Assembly: GCA_047495785.1 (NCBI GenBank)
Contig: JBLDXI010000042.1
Location: 248,001-312,000, forward strand
Reading direction: 5' to 3'
Origin: Lepidodermella squamata
Taxonomy: Eukaryota > Animalia > Gastrotricha
Length of the DNA: 64,000 nt
Within the stretch, counting starts at the first letter, position 1. Each line of letters opens with the position of its first letter. Shown here one piece after another: positions 22,299 to 35,105 of this stretch. Both the position numbers and the translations under genes were made by a program. The notes beneath the pieces are model-generated. The model saw only the letters and a program-made list of their open reading frames with translations. It searched no databases and was not told where the DNA came from.

Positions 22299-22774
22299 GG
22301 GATGTCTGTACTTGCACAAACGATTTTGCACAAAAGCTTTTGCACAAATGCAGTTGCTCAAAATATTTTGCACAAACTGCATTTTTCAAGCGGAATCAAG
22401 TTTAATAAGAAAAGTGAATATACCAAATTGAAGACAAAACCCATGGGCATCAAATACTGATTTCGAGCACTGGTTTCTGAGATATTTTAATGCGTCCAAT
22501 TCGAGTTTAAATTACAAGGGGTGGCGAGTTTCACGTTCGGACGTAGGGCAATGATGAATTGAAGAAATGAAGCTGAAATCAATCAATCAACGATACCATG
22601 TCCATTTTTTCTGCTACTATCACTCAAGACTGCGCTGCCCTTGCATTAGACAGCTTTTCTAGGCATTGAATGATGAAATCCGCGATGAAAATGGAGTTTC
22701 TGCAAAATTGTTTGTGCAACTGCATTTGTGCAAATGCTTTTGTGCAAAATCGTTTGTGCAAGTACAGGTAAATC
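22299..22774. mobile_element. Foldback MITE (Mutator-like) with repetitive TIRs
   Basis: ~85-bp inverted repeats built of ttgcacaaa units; flanking direct repeat gattcgaa (22291-22298, 22775-22782). Confidence 0.75.
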
Positions 22775-23957
22775 GATTCGAATTCTCTGAGGTTGAGAGA
22801 TAGAGAAAGGATCATAATTTTGTTATAGGATTCTTGCTATTGTCTTGTTACTTGTTAGTTTGCGAGAATTTTCCGCCATATTTTGAACGTCTTTGCTACG
22901 TCATCACTTTGTTGAATCAGTTGCTATCAATGCGGCAAGTTCTTCTGACGTCAGACACATACGCCCATATTATGCTTATTATTTGCTCAGCAGGCCTGTA
23001 GCAGCTCTCGAGAAGAATACGCAGGGACAGCTCATTATCTTCTTTTCAATTACTCTACAAATTTAAGGAATTTGCTCCAACTTCTCAGAACTTTAATGGC
23101 GAAACTCACCATTTTATTCGCTGCTTTATTGGTATAATACTTCATTTTCTTCAAATTATAATACTTAAGCCTAAACAAATTTCCCGACAGGTTATCGTTG
23201 CTGTGAGTGTTGTGGCGGCGTATGATTACAGCATAAGAGTTGGAGATCCATGCGAAGTTGACAATCGCAAGGGCCGTTACGAGCGACATTTCATGACTGG
23301 AAGGTGGATGTGTCTCCTTGGTTCTGGGCGAGAGCAAGCGGCGCGCGAAATCCAGCACTTCATAGCCTGAGGAGATCGGCGTTGTGACGAGAAACATCTG
23401 AAACCCGTGAATATGCATCTATCAAAAACTGTTGCGGATTGCCTAACTGATGGTTTAAGGGATATATTTTGCAATATGTGCAATATGGTGTTGGTGGCTT
23501 AAAATCAATCTTTAATTAGGAATATTTCGCTTTAACCTGTCGACTTTCTTTCCACTAAAATTGGTATATTTCACATAATTTTCCTATAATTTGAAAAAAT
23601 ACAAAATTTTGGATCCAGATCATGGATTGCTAAAATTACGTTCATACCAGACCTAAGTTCAGTCTTTCTCTTGCTGTCATAATAGCTATTGAGAAATTGA
23701 TCAATTAAATAAAATAAATACTTATTCAATTACCAAATTTGCGGTCACGATTATTTCAGGATTATTTCACCGTTATTCATGAATGCAAAACACCTATCCT
23801 ACATAGAGTGCAATGATGCATTAATATCTCGCAGCCGTCTCGCGTTCAAAAGGCTTAGAGCGTAAAAAGCCAGCTTAAAAATCACGAGCCGGCTTTTTCA
23901 TCTCGCAACAAATTACACTCAATACTACGACCATTACAAAATGCTGCCATTGAAAAT

Positions 23958-24638
23958 ATGGCTGATACAAAATTGCTCGTGACACTAGTCGTTGTAGTAT
24001 CTACAATATCGCTTATACACGGTGACGCATGGCTCGATTTCGACGTGTATTACTTTGAATATTACCAGAAAAAATTATCGAATTTCTGCGCGATTGGCAA
24101 TTCAACCGAAGTCGGACGGCTTTTGCTTGGAGAACCACAGCTTAATGTTAACTGGCGATGGCCGGCTCGATTAACGTGTTCCAACGGCTGTTTTTGCCTG
24201 CAGAATGCTACACCCCTACTTCGAGTTTCGGCCTGTAGGAACAACGCGAAATTTCGATATGCTACAGCCTATCTTTTGATAAATCACGGCGCAGATCCTA
24301 ATCTCAGCGAAACGTCAAGTGGTTTTACTCCGCTTTTCCTCGCCTGTTCGAACGGCCTGGTTTCTATTGTCCGGCTTCTTCTGAACAACAACGCCGCAAT
24401 TGAGGAGCGAAATATCTATGGAGAAACGGCGCTGATGGCCGCGGCGGGTGATGGTAGTTTGGAAATTGTGAAATTGCTGCTAGATCGAGGGGCTGAAATC
24501 GATGCGGTGGATGATAGTGGGAATTCGGCCCTAATTCATGCTGCCTTCCACGAAAATACTGTTGTTGTTAGGGAACTTCTTAGTCGAAATGCTTCATTTG
24601 ACAACTGCCTTTTCCCTGCTTGCTACGGCATCGCCTAA
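23958..24638 (+). CDS. Ankyrin-repeat protein with N-terminal signal peptide, 226 aa
   Basis: Hydrophobic leader LLVTLVVVVSTISLIHG; ankyrin repeats GFTPLFLAC, GETALMAAA, GNSALIHAA. Confidence 0.8.
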   Translation: MADTKLLVTLVVVVSTISLIHGDAWLDFDVYYFEYYQKKLSNFCAIGNSTEVGRLLLGEPQLNVNWRWPARLTCSNGCFCLQNATPLLRVSACRNNAKFRYATAYLLINHGADPNLSETSSGFTPLFLACSNGLVSIVRLLLNNNAAIEERNIYGETALMAAAGDGSLEIVKLLLDRGAEIDAVDDSGNSALIHAAFHENTVVVRELLSRNASFDNCLFPACYGIA

Positions 24639-25499
24639 TTTTATGAAAATAAAAAAAAGTAGACAGATTATGCAATATTTTTTGTTTTATTCAGCACTTC
24701 TTCTTCACTTTTTATCTCCGGACAATATTTGACAGCAAAAATTTTTGGCGATTTGTAGCGGCTGCGCAAAACGCGGTCGAATTCGTGTAATATTGGCGAT
24801 TTCCACTAGCCTTATGTCCGATTACTAAATCGTACCCTTTCAACATAGGATTTCCGGGTTCTTATTTACTCCCATGAAGGTTCCTAAAGTTTTCCCCTTC
24901 ACTCATAACACCTGACCAGAGTAGGTGTAAAAATATTCAGAAGTCGGTATTCAGATTCAGCTTTTCCGCGAAATAGTTTTGGAGCTCAAAAATAATCACT
25001 TCTATATCTAAAAAATGTCCGCGATTGTTCAGAAAAAAGCACAAAAAACCCCACTTGACAGAGAACAACCCACAAATTTCAAGATTTTATTAAAAATCAC
25101 AAAAATCAAAATTGGGCGAAATTCCGGAAGAAGAAGAAGCGCACGACTCAGGCCGAAATGTCATCCTTCAGGCTAATATAAAGCCATTTATCCTTCCTGT
25201 CTTCCATATATTATATAGAATTTCCCCTCGCGATATGAAAACGCATAGTACGTGATGTTATACAATTTCTTTGCAAAAATTCTTCGCCCACGGCTCAATT
25301 ATCTACCGCCTCGCACGCAGAAAAATGAAATAAGACAAGATTATTTGGTTCTGATACCCTGGCAGACCCTACCTACAGGCTATGTAATTAGGATTCAAGA
25401 TATAAGGTATAAAGTTACACGCAAACCTCTTGCGTCTGCACTTCAGGATCCATAGGGTCCTCAATAAAATTTTCTGACACGCAGCATATTCTACTAATA

Positions 25500-27765
25500 A
25501 TGAAACCAACGATTTCTCAATTCGCGACATTGCTTGCTATTTTCATCGCGAATTCAGTTATTGGAGAAAATACCAAGTTCGAAATATTCTTTGGAACCTC
25601 TCCAATTCAAGCTGCCGATGGTGCCGGTGATATTTGCCCGCATGTTCAAAAGCTGATGTTCGACGTTGTCAACAAACGGAACGACATCTTGCCCGGCTAT
25701 GATTTGGTCGCCTACAACCAGGACGAAGGACCAGGAAGTGTTCTGCTAACCAGGCGCGTCATAGAATTCTATAGGAAACCGTCAGCTAATAATTCAGTAA
25801 AATCGCCCGTTGTTATCGCAGGAGGCTACACTGCTGGATGCAGAACTCTGGCTCAAATTGCCCACCATTCGAATTTGGTTGCTATTGCCCCTATTTGCCT
25901 CTCTCCTTCGTTCACTGCCAATCGGGCATTGTTTCCGAATTTATATCGCATCCGTCCTTCCGGGGAGGCACTAGCCCTGCCGAGACTGAATTTTATCAAA
26001 AGAATCGGTGGTTGGCGAAAAATAGCGATACTAGCGAATGCCGGCACAACGATTCTGAATTATCAAGTTGCTACGTACTTCTACAATTTGGCCGTCAAAA
26101 ATGGCTTGGAAGTTGTTCGCTACGACGCTGCTTTCGATGTGAACGCCGACATGTTATCTGGATTGAAAATTTCAGGTGCTAGAGTGATAGTTTATGAAAT
26201 TTCTGATTTTCCAAACGCCATGCTGTTTCTTTGCAAATGCTTCAGTATCGGCTTGACAGGACCTCGGTACGTTTTCATTATGGCTGGGCTCGCCTATGAC
26301 GATCCGAATACAAGACCCGAATCTATACCTCCGGGGTGTACCAAGGCCACGGTCTCACAACAGTATAGATCTACAGTTTTTATCGGATCTATAATGACAA
26401 GTTTTGGCGTTGAAAACACGGGCAAAACCAGTCTCGGGTATGACGCGAAGCAGTTTGATGAAATGCTTGATAAAGCGGTTCCCGATGCAAGGAACCTTTC
26501 CGGCTACGGAAGGCGATACCTCTGCCATGATCAGTATCTTCAGACCATTCTAACGCTAGACGGCGCTGAGAATATTCTTAACATGAAGAATCTAACACTC
26601 AGAGATTACGACAATTATCCGAGAATGGTCATGGACGCCGCGAATAAAAGTGCTGCATCTATCAGAGTTGTAGGCTTCAGGCAGGGCGTCATCAAATATT
26701 CTTCTAGGCTTGAACAGGACTCGGAACCACAGTACGTCTATCAGTGGATACCAGAGGAAAATAGGGCCCGGATCAACTACGGAATGACTCCACTGCCGAA
26801 CATAACAAACGGGAGTGATGTCTCGAGCTACGGTTTTCGTAGTTTCGAACCTTATATCTGGTACACGGAGACTAAGCAACCCCCTGCTGATTGGCCAAGA
26901 GAGGAAATCGAGGTAATCCACGTCCCAGATGCTTTTCTCATATTTGCTTGCGTCTTCAGCGGGGTAACAACCCTCGCCCAAGTGCTGGCTTTAATCTCGA
27001 AGTTGGAAATTGATTATATTCACCCTGGCTTGCATCCTACTCAACGCAACTTCAATCCTATTCGCCCTGAATGTTCATTCTGCAGCCATTTGTAGTGCAA
27101 AATATATTTTTCTTGTTATTGGAGCAACCGTCATTCATTTGATTCTTTATCGAAAGTTGGCTTCCTATGTCTTTTCGAACCATCGCACCACTACTTTGCC
27201 TCATAATAACACGAGCTTCTCAGTATTTCCAAGGTTCAAAGTTGAAAAAGTGGTGAAGAAGAAAGGCTCCAGGCGGTTGCAATTATTGTTCGCTTATTTT
27301 GCCCCCATCCTCCTCCTAATTATCAGCATATCAGTATTAGCAGCGTGGCTAATCGAAAATCCCATGGAGTCACGTCTTACCGACGTCCGTAGCAATTACG
27401 ATGCAGATCGTGACATTTTACGCCATTTTTATGTTGAATTATGCGAAGCTAGCGAAATTGAGGGCATGAAATACAAGACAACACTAGCTGCTATGGATCT
27501 GATTCCTGCAGGCGCAGCTGTTCTCTTATCCATATCCATCGCCAAAGCCCGAGAGCCGGAAATCAAACGTTATCGTATGGCCTCCCTCAGCAACCTGCCC
27601 TTAGTCATCGGGGCGGTTTTCATGGTTGTAGCGTCGACCGGTTCTCATGTAACCCAGCAAATTGTCGCATCAATCGCATGTTTGAGTATTTCAGGTCTGA
27701 CCAGTGTTTTCGTACTGTTCTCAGATAGATCTGTTGTGACTGTTCGTCGATTGATTGCATTTTAA
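25500..27765 (+). pseudogene. GABA-B-like class C GPCR copy 1, frameshifted
   Basis: Venus-flytrap ectodomain (25500-~27000) and 7TM region (27010-27765) are in different frames; 4-bp deletion at ~27014 relative to paralog 28421. Confidence 0.8.
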
Positions 27766-28420
27766 AGCAAAATGAAAGTGAACGCCGAGGATGTATGAAT
27801 GAAAATAAAATTACTTTTTCAATATTATGGTCTTTTACAATGTACTAAGGAAGAATATGGTTGCGAGGTTAGGAAAATTAGGAATGACGTGATGCGGCAA
27901 CCCCTCGATCTTGCTTCTCCATGTTATTCTCTAATAGGGGACCGAGCAGCGAGTCTCTGAGCCAAATCTATTACAGCGTGTCACATCTATAACATCTTCT
28001 AACCGCCGTCTGCGGATCGCGCGTTTCCGCGGGCGTGAATTTGCGCCTCTAGGTCTTACTTGCGGCTGCGTAAACTGAGAATGCGTTTTTCGTATCAATT
28101 AAATTGGATTTTCACGCTTTATCACCTGCTCCATAATATTATTCCTCACATTGGTAGTACGTGATGGATGATAGCGTAAACTCCTTCTTTGAAATTCTCC
28201 GCCCACCGCTCAATCAACCACCGCCTAATCAGGAAAATGTGAAGACACAGTTTGGGTGAATTCTGATACCCCGCTAGACGCTGAATAACAACGTACAGGC
28301 TATGTAATTAGGCTTCACGGTGTACAGCTACGCGTCAACAACGTGCGTCTGCATTACTGGGTCTAGAGTGCTTGATAAAATCGAAGGAAATTCGCTGACT
28401 CTCAGCATTTCCTACTAATA

Positions 28421-30709
28421 ATGAAACTTACGTGTCCTCAATTCGCGGCAATTCTCGTCGTCTTCGTTGCACACTCAGTTCATGGGCAAAATACCAAGTT
28501 GGAGATATTTTTCGGCACAACTCCAATTCAAATTGCGGATGGTGCAGGTGACATTTGCCCGCATGTTCAAAAACTGCTGATCGATATGGTCAACAAACGG
28601 AACGACATATTGCCCGGCTATGATTTGGTCGCCTACAACCAGGACGAAGGGCCAGGGGGTGCTCTGCTAACCCGGCGGGTGATAGAATTCTACAGGAAAC
28701 CCCTAGCTAATAATTCAGCAAAATCGCCCCTTGTTTTCGCTGGTGGCTACACTACAGGATGCAAATCTCTAGCCCAAATTGCTCACCATTCAAATTTGGT
28801 CGCTGTTTCCGCCGTTTGTTTATCACCCATTTTCACGGCAAATCGGGCAATTTATCCGAATTTCTATCGATCTCGCTTATCGGGAGAGGCTGTAGCCCTG
28901 CCAAGGCTCTACTTCATCAAAACGCTCGGTGGCTGGCGGAAGATAGCAATACTAGCGAACGCCGGCACTTCGATTTTCAATTTTCACGTTGCATCCTACT
29001 TTTACGATTTGGCTGTCAAAAATGACTTGGAAGTTGTTCGTTACGACGCAGCTTTCGACTTGAATGACGAATTGATTTGGGGCTTGAAGCATTCGGGGGC
29101 AAGGGTGATAGTATTTGAAATTTCCGATTTCCCAAATGCCATGCTTTTTCTATGCAAATGCTTCAGTATCGGCTTGACTGGACCTCGCTACGTTTTCATT
29201 ATGGCAGCTAACACTTTTTGGGATCTAAGTACAAGACCCGACTCTATCGCCCCGAGTTGTACCAAGGCCATTATCATTCAGCAGTATAAATCTACAGTTT
29301 TCATCGGATCTATATGGACGAGCTTTGGCGTTGAAAACACGGGTGAAACCAGTCTAGGCTATAACAGTAAGCAGTTTGATGAAATGCTGGACAGAGCTGT
29401 TCCATACGCGAGAAACTTGTCCGCCTACGGAAAGCGTTACATTTGCCACGATCAGTACCTTCAAGCCATTCTAACGCTAGACGGCGCTGAGAAGATCCTT
29501 AACATGAAAAATATGTCTCTAAAAGATTACGGCAACAATCCGAAGGTAGTAATGGAAGCCGCGAATAAGAGTGCTGCCACTATCAGATTCGTCGGCTTTA
29601 GGCAAGGCGTTATCGAGTATTCGAGAAGGCTGGAACAGGACTCGGAACCACAGTACGTCTATCAGTGGATACCAGAGGAAAATAGGGCACGGATTAGCTA
29701 CGAAATCACTCTGCCACAGAACAAAACAAACGTGAGTGATGTCTCAAGCTATGTTGTTCGCAGTTTCGAACCTTTCGTCTGGGCCACGGATAATGAACAG
29801 CCACCAGCTGATTGGCCTGGCGAGGAAGTTGAGATAATCCACGTCCCAGAGGCTTTTCTCATATTTGCTTGCGTCTTCAGCGGGGTAACAACCCTCGCCC
29901 AAGTGTTGGCTTCAATCTCAAAGTTGGAAATTGATAGGATTATCTTCACCCTGGCTTGCTTGCTACTCAACGCAGCTTCCATCCTCTTCGCTCTTAATGT
30001 ACATTCTGCAGCGGTTTGTAATATGAAGTATATTTCTCTTGTTATTGGAGCAACCGTCATTCATTTGGTTCTTTATCGCAAGCTCGCATTTTACGTGACC
30101 TTTAAGCGCCGTGTCACTATTTTGTCCTATAATAATTCGAGCAACTCAGCATATCCTAGGTTACAAGCTGAAACTGTGATGACGAAGAGGGGTTCTAATC
30201 GGTTGCAATTACTATTCGCTAATGTTGCACCCATCGTTGTCCTTATCATTAGCGTGTCTTCATTAGCTGCGTGGCTCTTCACTAATTCCATGCAATCACG
30301 TATGAAGAACGTCCACAGTGAGTACGTTGCAGAACGTGACATCTTTCGCTACGTCTACATGGAAATTTGCGGGGCAAGTGGAGCTGATGACCTGAAATTC
30401 TTGATGACGCTAGTCGTGGTCGACTTAATTCCTGCGGGCGCCGCAGTTCTCTTGTCTATAGCCATAGCAAAGATCGAAGTGCCGGAAATAAAGCGTTATC
30501 GCATGGCCTCTCTTATCAACCTGCCCTTAGTCATCGCAGCGATTTTCATCATTATAGTGTCTACAAATTCACACGTAAATCAGCAAATCGTCGCATCAAT
30601 CGCATGTTTGAGTATATCGGGTCTGACCAGTGTTTTTGTACTGTTCTCAGAAAGATCTGTTGCGATTGTTCGTCAATTAATTTCATTTATAAAGGTGACT
30701 TGTAATTGA
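28421..30709 (+). CDS. GABA-B-like class C GPCR copy 2, intact and intronless, 762 aa
   Basis: Signal peptide, VNKRNDILPGYDL, YPNFYR, GWRKIAIL, GLTGPRYVFI ectodomain motifs, no Cys-rich domain, seven TM segments. Confidence 0.88.
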   Translation: MKLTCPQFAAILVVFVAHSVHGQNTKLEIFFGTTPIQIADGAGDICPHVQKLLIDMVNKRNDILPGYDLVAYNQDEGPGGALLTRRVIEFYRKPLANNSAKSPLVFAGGYTTGCKSLAQIAHHSNLVAVSAVCLSPIFTANRAIYPNFYRSRLSGEAVALPRLYFIKTLGGWRKIAILANAGTSIFNFHVASYFYDLAVKNDLEVVRYDAAFDLNDELIWGLKHSGARVIVFEISDFPNAMLFLCKCFSIGLTGPRYVFIMAANTFWDLSTRPDSIAPSCTKAIIIQQYKSTVFIGSIWTSFGVENTGETSLGYNSKQFDEMLDRAVPYARNLSAYGKRYICHDQYLQAILTLDGAEKILNMKNMSLKDYGNNPKVVMEAANKSAATIRFVGFRQGVIEYSRRLEQDSEPQYVYQWIPEENRARISYEITLPQNKTNVSDVSSYVVRSFEPFVWATDNEQPPADWPGEEVEIIHVPEAFLIFACVFSGVTTLAQVLASISKLEIDRIIFTLACLLLNAASILFALNVHSAAVCNMKYISLVIGATVIHLVLYRKLAFYVTFKRRVTILSYNNSSNSAYPRLQAETVMTKRGSNRLQLLFANVAPIVVLIISVSSLAAWLFTNSMQSRMKNVHSEYVAERDIFRYVYMEICGASGADDLKFLMTLVVVDLIPAGAAVLLSIAIAKIEVPEIKRYRMASLINLPLVIAAIFIIIVSTNSHVNQQIVASIACLSISGLTSVFVLFSERSVAIVRQLISFIKVTCN

Positions 30710-30946
30710 ACACCAAAAATTGAATTATTTGAATAAAATGAACACTTTCATCAGAAAAACTGGTTCGTCAGCTGGGACCCCCTAACACCTCATAAATTAA
30801 GGCATAAACTAAGCTCGAAATGCTTTGTTTGACAACTCTGCCTTTTTCCAGCTAGCCAGAATCGCCTAATTTTCAAAAATAAAAAACTGTAAAAAATTAT
30901 ACAAAACTTGTGTTTTTATTCAGCATTTCAATAGGGTTTCAAGTTT

Positions 30947-31693
30947 TTAATCCCAATCATCATTTGGGTTATCATCAGCCGCACTTGGGCTTTCAACGTA
31001 AACGATTTTATAATTGCTTCTAAATAGGCGAATCGCATGTTCAATATTTGAAGGTTGCTGGTACAAGTTAGCCGAAGCTCCCAAATGCCAATTTCGCTGG
31101 TTTGGGTTGTTCGCGATGTCGATGCGGTCCTCGCGTATAGTGATGACCTTGTTAAAGTTAGGATCGCCCGGTTGTACGTAGACAAATTCGCATTTTTCAA
31201 CCTTTGGATCGTTGAGTTCACCGCCTTTTGATATAGCTACAAAATGGCGCGTTGTTCTCAGAGACCTAGACCATGGGAAAAATAAGGATAAAATGAAAGT
31301 CCGAATCCATGAGGCGGGAAAAATCAGTCTCGAATTTTCTCAATTTTTCTCGAATTTTTTGGATTTGTTCCTAATTTGATATTTAATGTTGGACCTGAAT
31401 TTTGTTTGAAGTCGTCTAGCGATAGCTTCACGGGGTGCGAGAATAACCGGTCTATCGGCGTTGTAAAATTCAAGACTTTTATCGCCCTTCAAATCGCCGA
31501 ATTGTAGCTGAATCGGGGAGGCTGTTAGATTTTCGAAAACAACGTGATACACGTCGTTGAATTGTTTAACAGCCCGAGTTATCGGATCTTGGTTGACCAT
31601 AGCTAGGGTTGTTGAGCCAACGTAACCCGCCGCTGAGAAAACTAGGGCACTCAAAAATTTGGAGTGGCTTTTTATATACTCGAATATCGTCAT
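30947..31693 (-). CDS. Probable spliced gene of unknown function
   Basis: ORF 31693-31340 with a hydrophobic N-terminus, plus an open frame from ~31238 to the stop at 30947 after a ttttgtag acceptor, followed by AATAAA. No in-phase canonical donor found. Confidence 0.35.
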
Positions 31694-31998
31694 ATTTTAG
31701 ATACAGAAATTAGGCTGCTATCAATGCAGACTGTTAATATTATGGATATCAACGGCCTACTTTTTGCTTACCTGGTATATCCTATGTATAACCACGCTCA
31801 GAGCTCATCCATTCACCTGTCAAAAGAGCGGGGTTTCTTTTTGCCTTACAGCATGAAAGACTCAATGGGTGGTTTAGCAAATAGGTATATAATCCAAATG
31901 CTGCTCGTAATCCTTGCAGATGTATCAATCAGACAATTATTGAACAATATCAAATTAATGCCTGAAAAAAACTTGTAACTGCAACTGGCAACCGGAAC

Positions 31999-32149
31999 CA
32001 GTGTGCGAAATAGGATCCGGGAACTGAGGTGTTTTCTCGGTTTCTTCGACACCTAGCCGAAGAACCCTGTGGTTTTTCAGCATTCTTCTGGTTGGAGTAC
32101 CGGAGCTGAGGTGTCGCGAAACCCCAGCACCCCTGTACTTCGCACCCTG
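31999..32149. mobile_element. Small hAT-type MITE (family A)
   Basis: Termini cagtgtgcgaaata / tacttcgcaccctg; perfect 8-bp TSD accggaac. Confidence 0.85.
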
Positions 32150-32831
32150 ACCGGAACAGATTGTATAAATTTGTTCGGAAAATAGCATCGAAATCCCCGA
32201 AGTACTCGCATCTTTCCGCCGCGCGAAAAAACTTCCATGATTCATTTTCGAGATTTTAGTCGGTGTTTAGGCCAAAATACAACTGTTGCTTATCTCTGTC
32301 GAATATTGTTCAAAATTTTAAAGGGAGGAAACATGTTTACAAGCACTTCAAAGCGCTTTTGGTGTTAGTGTGTGTGTTAGCTATTTTACCTCAGATGGCG
32401 AAGAACATCCCTTGAACTCCTTTGAAATAATTCGAGCGAGAGCTCAATCGAGGGAGGAATGCGAGAACTTCGTTACGTCCAAAAACCAACAAAATTTAAG
32501 AAAGTTCACCTTTGAAGAAATATGAGTAACTTCCCAGCGGTTATCAATTTTTAAATGACCAGAGCTTCAAAATGGTTTGAGATAGCGGTCTGTATGTTTT
32601 AAATTCGTGTAGCCAACATCGAAAAGTAATGTTGCTCAAAAGGGCTCAAAAATCGCCTACCCCGCCTTGAAAAGCTTTATAAGATTATAATATCATTGCA
32701 TTGAGCATCAAGATCGATGGGAAGGAGTTAAATCTGTTATCGGATTATTATCTACTAAGTATGATTTATGATTCAGGTAAGAATTCACAAAACACCAGAC
32801 AGGACAGGTTGGTAGTTTTATTAGCATCGCT

Positions 32832-35105
32832 TTAATTATGCGCAATCAAACGTCGGAACATGACTTCAGCTTTATCAGAGAATAACACGAAAACACTGGT
32901 CAGGCCCGAAATGGTCATACATGCGACTGATGCAACCATTTGCTGAGTTACAAGGGAATTTGTAGACACTACAATGATGAAAATCGCCCCGATGACCAGG
33001 GGCAGGTTGATGACGGAGGCCATTCGACAGCGCTTGATATCCGGCTCTTGAACTTTGGCAATGGGTATGGATAAGAGTACAGCAGCGCCTGCAGGAATTA
33101 GATCGACAGCCGCTAACGCCATCATGAACTTCACATTATCAACATCACTTGCTTCGCATAATTCAACGTAAAAATGGCGTAAAATGTCACGTTCTGCATC
33201 GTAATCGCTACGGACGTTGGTAAGACGTGATTCCATAGGATTTTCAATTAGCCACGTAGCTAATAATGTCACGCTGATAATTAGGAGGAGGACGGGCGCA
33301 AAATAAGCGAACAGTAATTGCAACCGCCTAGAGCCTTTTTTCTTCACCACTTTTTCAGCTTGGAACCTTGGAAATACTGAGAAGCTCGAATTGTTATGCG
33401 GCAAAACAGTCGTACGCTTGTTCGAAAAGACGTAAAAAGCTAACTTTCGGTAAAGAATCAAATGAACCACGATTGCTCCGATAACGAGGGAGCTATATTT
33501 CAGATTACAAGCCCTTGCTGAATGAACATTCAGAGCGAAAACGATAGAGGCCGTGTTGAGTAACGTGCAAGCCAAGGTAAAAATGATCCTATCGATTTCA
33601 AACTTCCAGATACAAGCTAGCATTTGGGCGAGGGTTGTTACCCCGCTGAAGACGCAAGCAAATATTAGAAAGCCATTTGGTACGTGGGTTAGTTCAATTT
33701 CCTCGCCTGGCCAATCAGCTGGGGGCTGCTTAGTCTCCGTGTACCAGACGTATGGCTCGAAACCTCGAACAACGTAGCTCGAGACATCACTCACGTTTTT
33801 TTTGTTCTGAGGTAGAATGATTTCGTAGCTGATACGGGCTCTATTTTCCTCTGGTATCCACTGGAAAATGTACTGAGGCTCCGAGTCCTGTTCCAGCCTA
33901 CTGGAATACTCGATAACGCCCTGTCGGAACCCGACGAACCTAACAGAGGCAGCACTGCTATTCGCGGCTTCCATAACTGTTTTCGGATAATTGTCGTAAT
34001 CTTTGAGAGACAGATTCTTCATGTTAAGGATCTTCTCGGCCCCATCTAGAGTTAGTATGGCTTGAAGATATTGATCGTGACAAAGGTACCGCTTTCCGTA
34101 GTTGGACAGGTTTCTCGCATTGGTAACTGCCTTATCGAGCATTTCGTCAAACTGTGTTGTGTCATACCCGAGACTGGTTTCTCCCGTGTTTTCGACCCCA
34201 AAGCTTGATCCTAACGATCCAATGAAAACTGTAGATTTATACTGTTGTTGCACAATGGCCCTGGTACACCCCTGATCGATGACTTCAGGACTTGTACTTA
34301 TATCCCCAAAGGCGCTACCACCCATGATGAAAACGTATCGCGATCCAGTTAAGCCGAAACTGTAGCTTTTGCAAAGAAAAAGCATAGCAGTAGACGGATC
34401 GGAAATTTCAAATACTATCACCCTTGCGCCTGAATTCTTTAAGCCCAATATCAAATCATCATTCAAGTCGAAAGCTGCATCGTAATGAACAACTTCTATG
34501 CCGTTTTTGACAGCCAGATGGTAGAAATAGGATGCAACGTGAAAGTTGACAACCGTAGAGCCGGCATTTGCTAATATCGCAATCTTCCGCCACCCACCTA
34601 GCGTTTTTATGAAATTTAGCCTAGGCAGGGCTAGCGCCTCTCCGGACGGACGTATGCGATAGAAATTTGGGAAAATTATTCGATTAGTGGTAAAAGAGGG
34701 AGATAGACAAACTGGGGCGATAGCAACTAAATTGAAATGGTGGACAATTTGCGCGAGAGATTTGCAACCAGCAGTGAAACCCCCTGCGATAACGACCGGA
34801 GACTTTACTGAGTTGTTAGCTGGCGGTTTCCTGTAGAATTCTATGACGCGCCGGGTTAGGAAAACACTTCCTGGTCCTTCGTCCTGGTTATTGGCGACCA
34901 AATCGTATCCGGGCAAAATGTCGTTTCGCTTGTTGACCATGTTGAACATCAGCTTTTGAACATGAGGGCAAACGTCACTAGCAGGATCGAGAGATTGAAT
35001 TATCGTGGTGCCGAAGAACATCTCCAACCTGGTGTTTTGCCCATAAACTGAATGCGCAATGAAAAGGGCGATAATCGCCGAAAATTGATAAATCGATGGT
35101 TTCAT
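32832..35105 (-). CDS. GABA-B-like class C GPCR copy 3, intact
   Basis: Uninterrupted ORF; likely start MKPSIYQ at 35105 by comparison with paralogs. Confidence 0.88.
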   Translation of the reverse strand: MKPSIYQFSAIIALFIAHSVYGQNTRLEMFFGTTIIQSLDPASDVCPHVQKLMFNMVNKRNDILPGYDLVANNQDEGPGSVFLTRRVIEFYRKPPANNSVKSPVVIAGGFTAGCKSLAQIVHHFNLVAIAPVCLSPSFTTNRIIFPNFYRIRPSGEALALPRLNFIKTLGGWRKIAILANAGSTVVNFHVASYFYHLAVKNGIEVVHYDAAFDLNDDLILGLKNSGARVIVFEISDPSTAMLFLCKSYSFGLTGSRYVFIMGGSAFGDISTSPEVIDQGCTRAIVQQQYKSTVFIGSLGSSFGVENTGETSLGYDTTQFDEMLDKAVTNARNLSNYGKRYLCHDQYLQAILTLDGAEKILNMKNLSLKDYDNYPKTVMEAANSSAASVRFVGFRQGVIEYSSRLEQDSEPQYIFQWIPEENRARISYEIILPQNKKNVSDVSSYVVRGFEPYVWYTETKQPPADWPGEEIELTHVPNGFLIFACVFSGVTTLAQMLACIWKFEIDRIIFTLACTLLNTASIVFALNVHSARACNLKYSSLVIGAIVVHLILYRKLAFYVFSNKRTTVLPHNNSSFSVFPRFQAEKVVKKKGSRRLQLLFAYFAPVLLLIISVTLLATWLIENPMESRLTNVRSDYDAERDILRHFYVELCEASDVDNVKFMMALAAVDLIPAGAAVLLSIPIAKVQEPDIKRCRMASVINLPLVIGAIFIIVVSTNSLVTQQMVASVACMTISGLTSVFVLFSDKAEVMFRRLIAHN

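Noticed and set aside
23050-23483. Short minus-strand ORFs
   Set aside because: No recognisable motifs or coherent exon structure.
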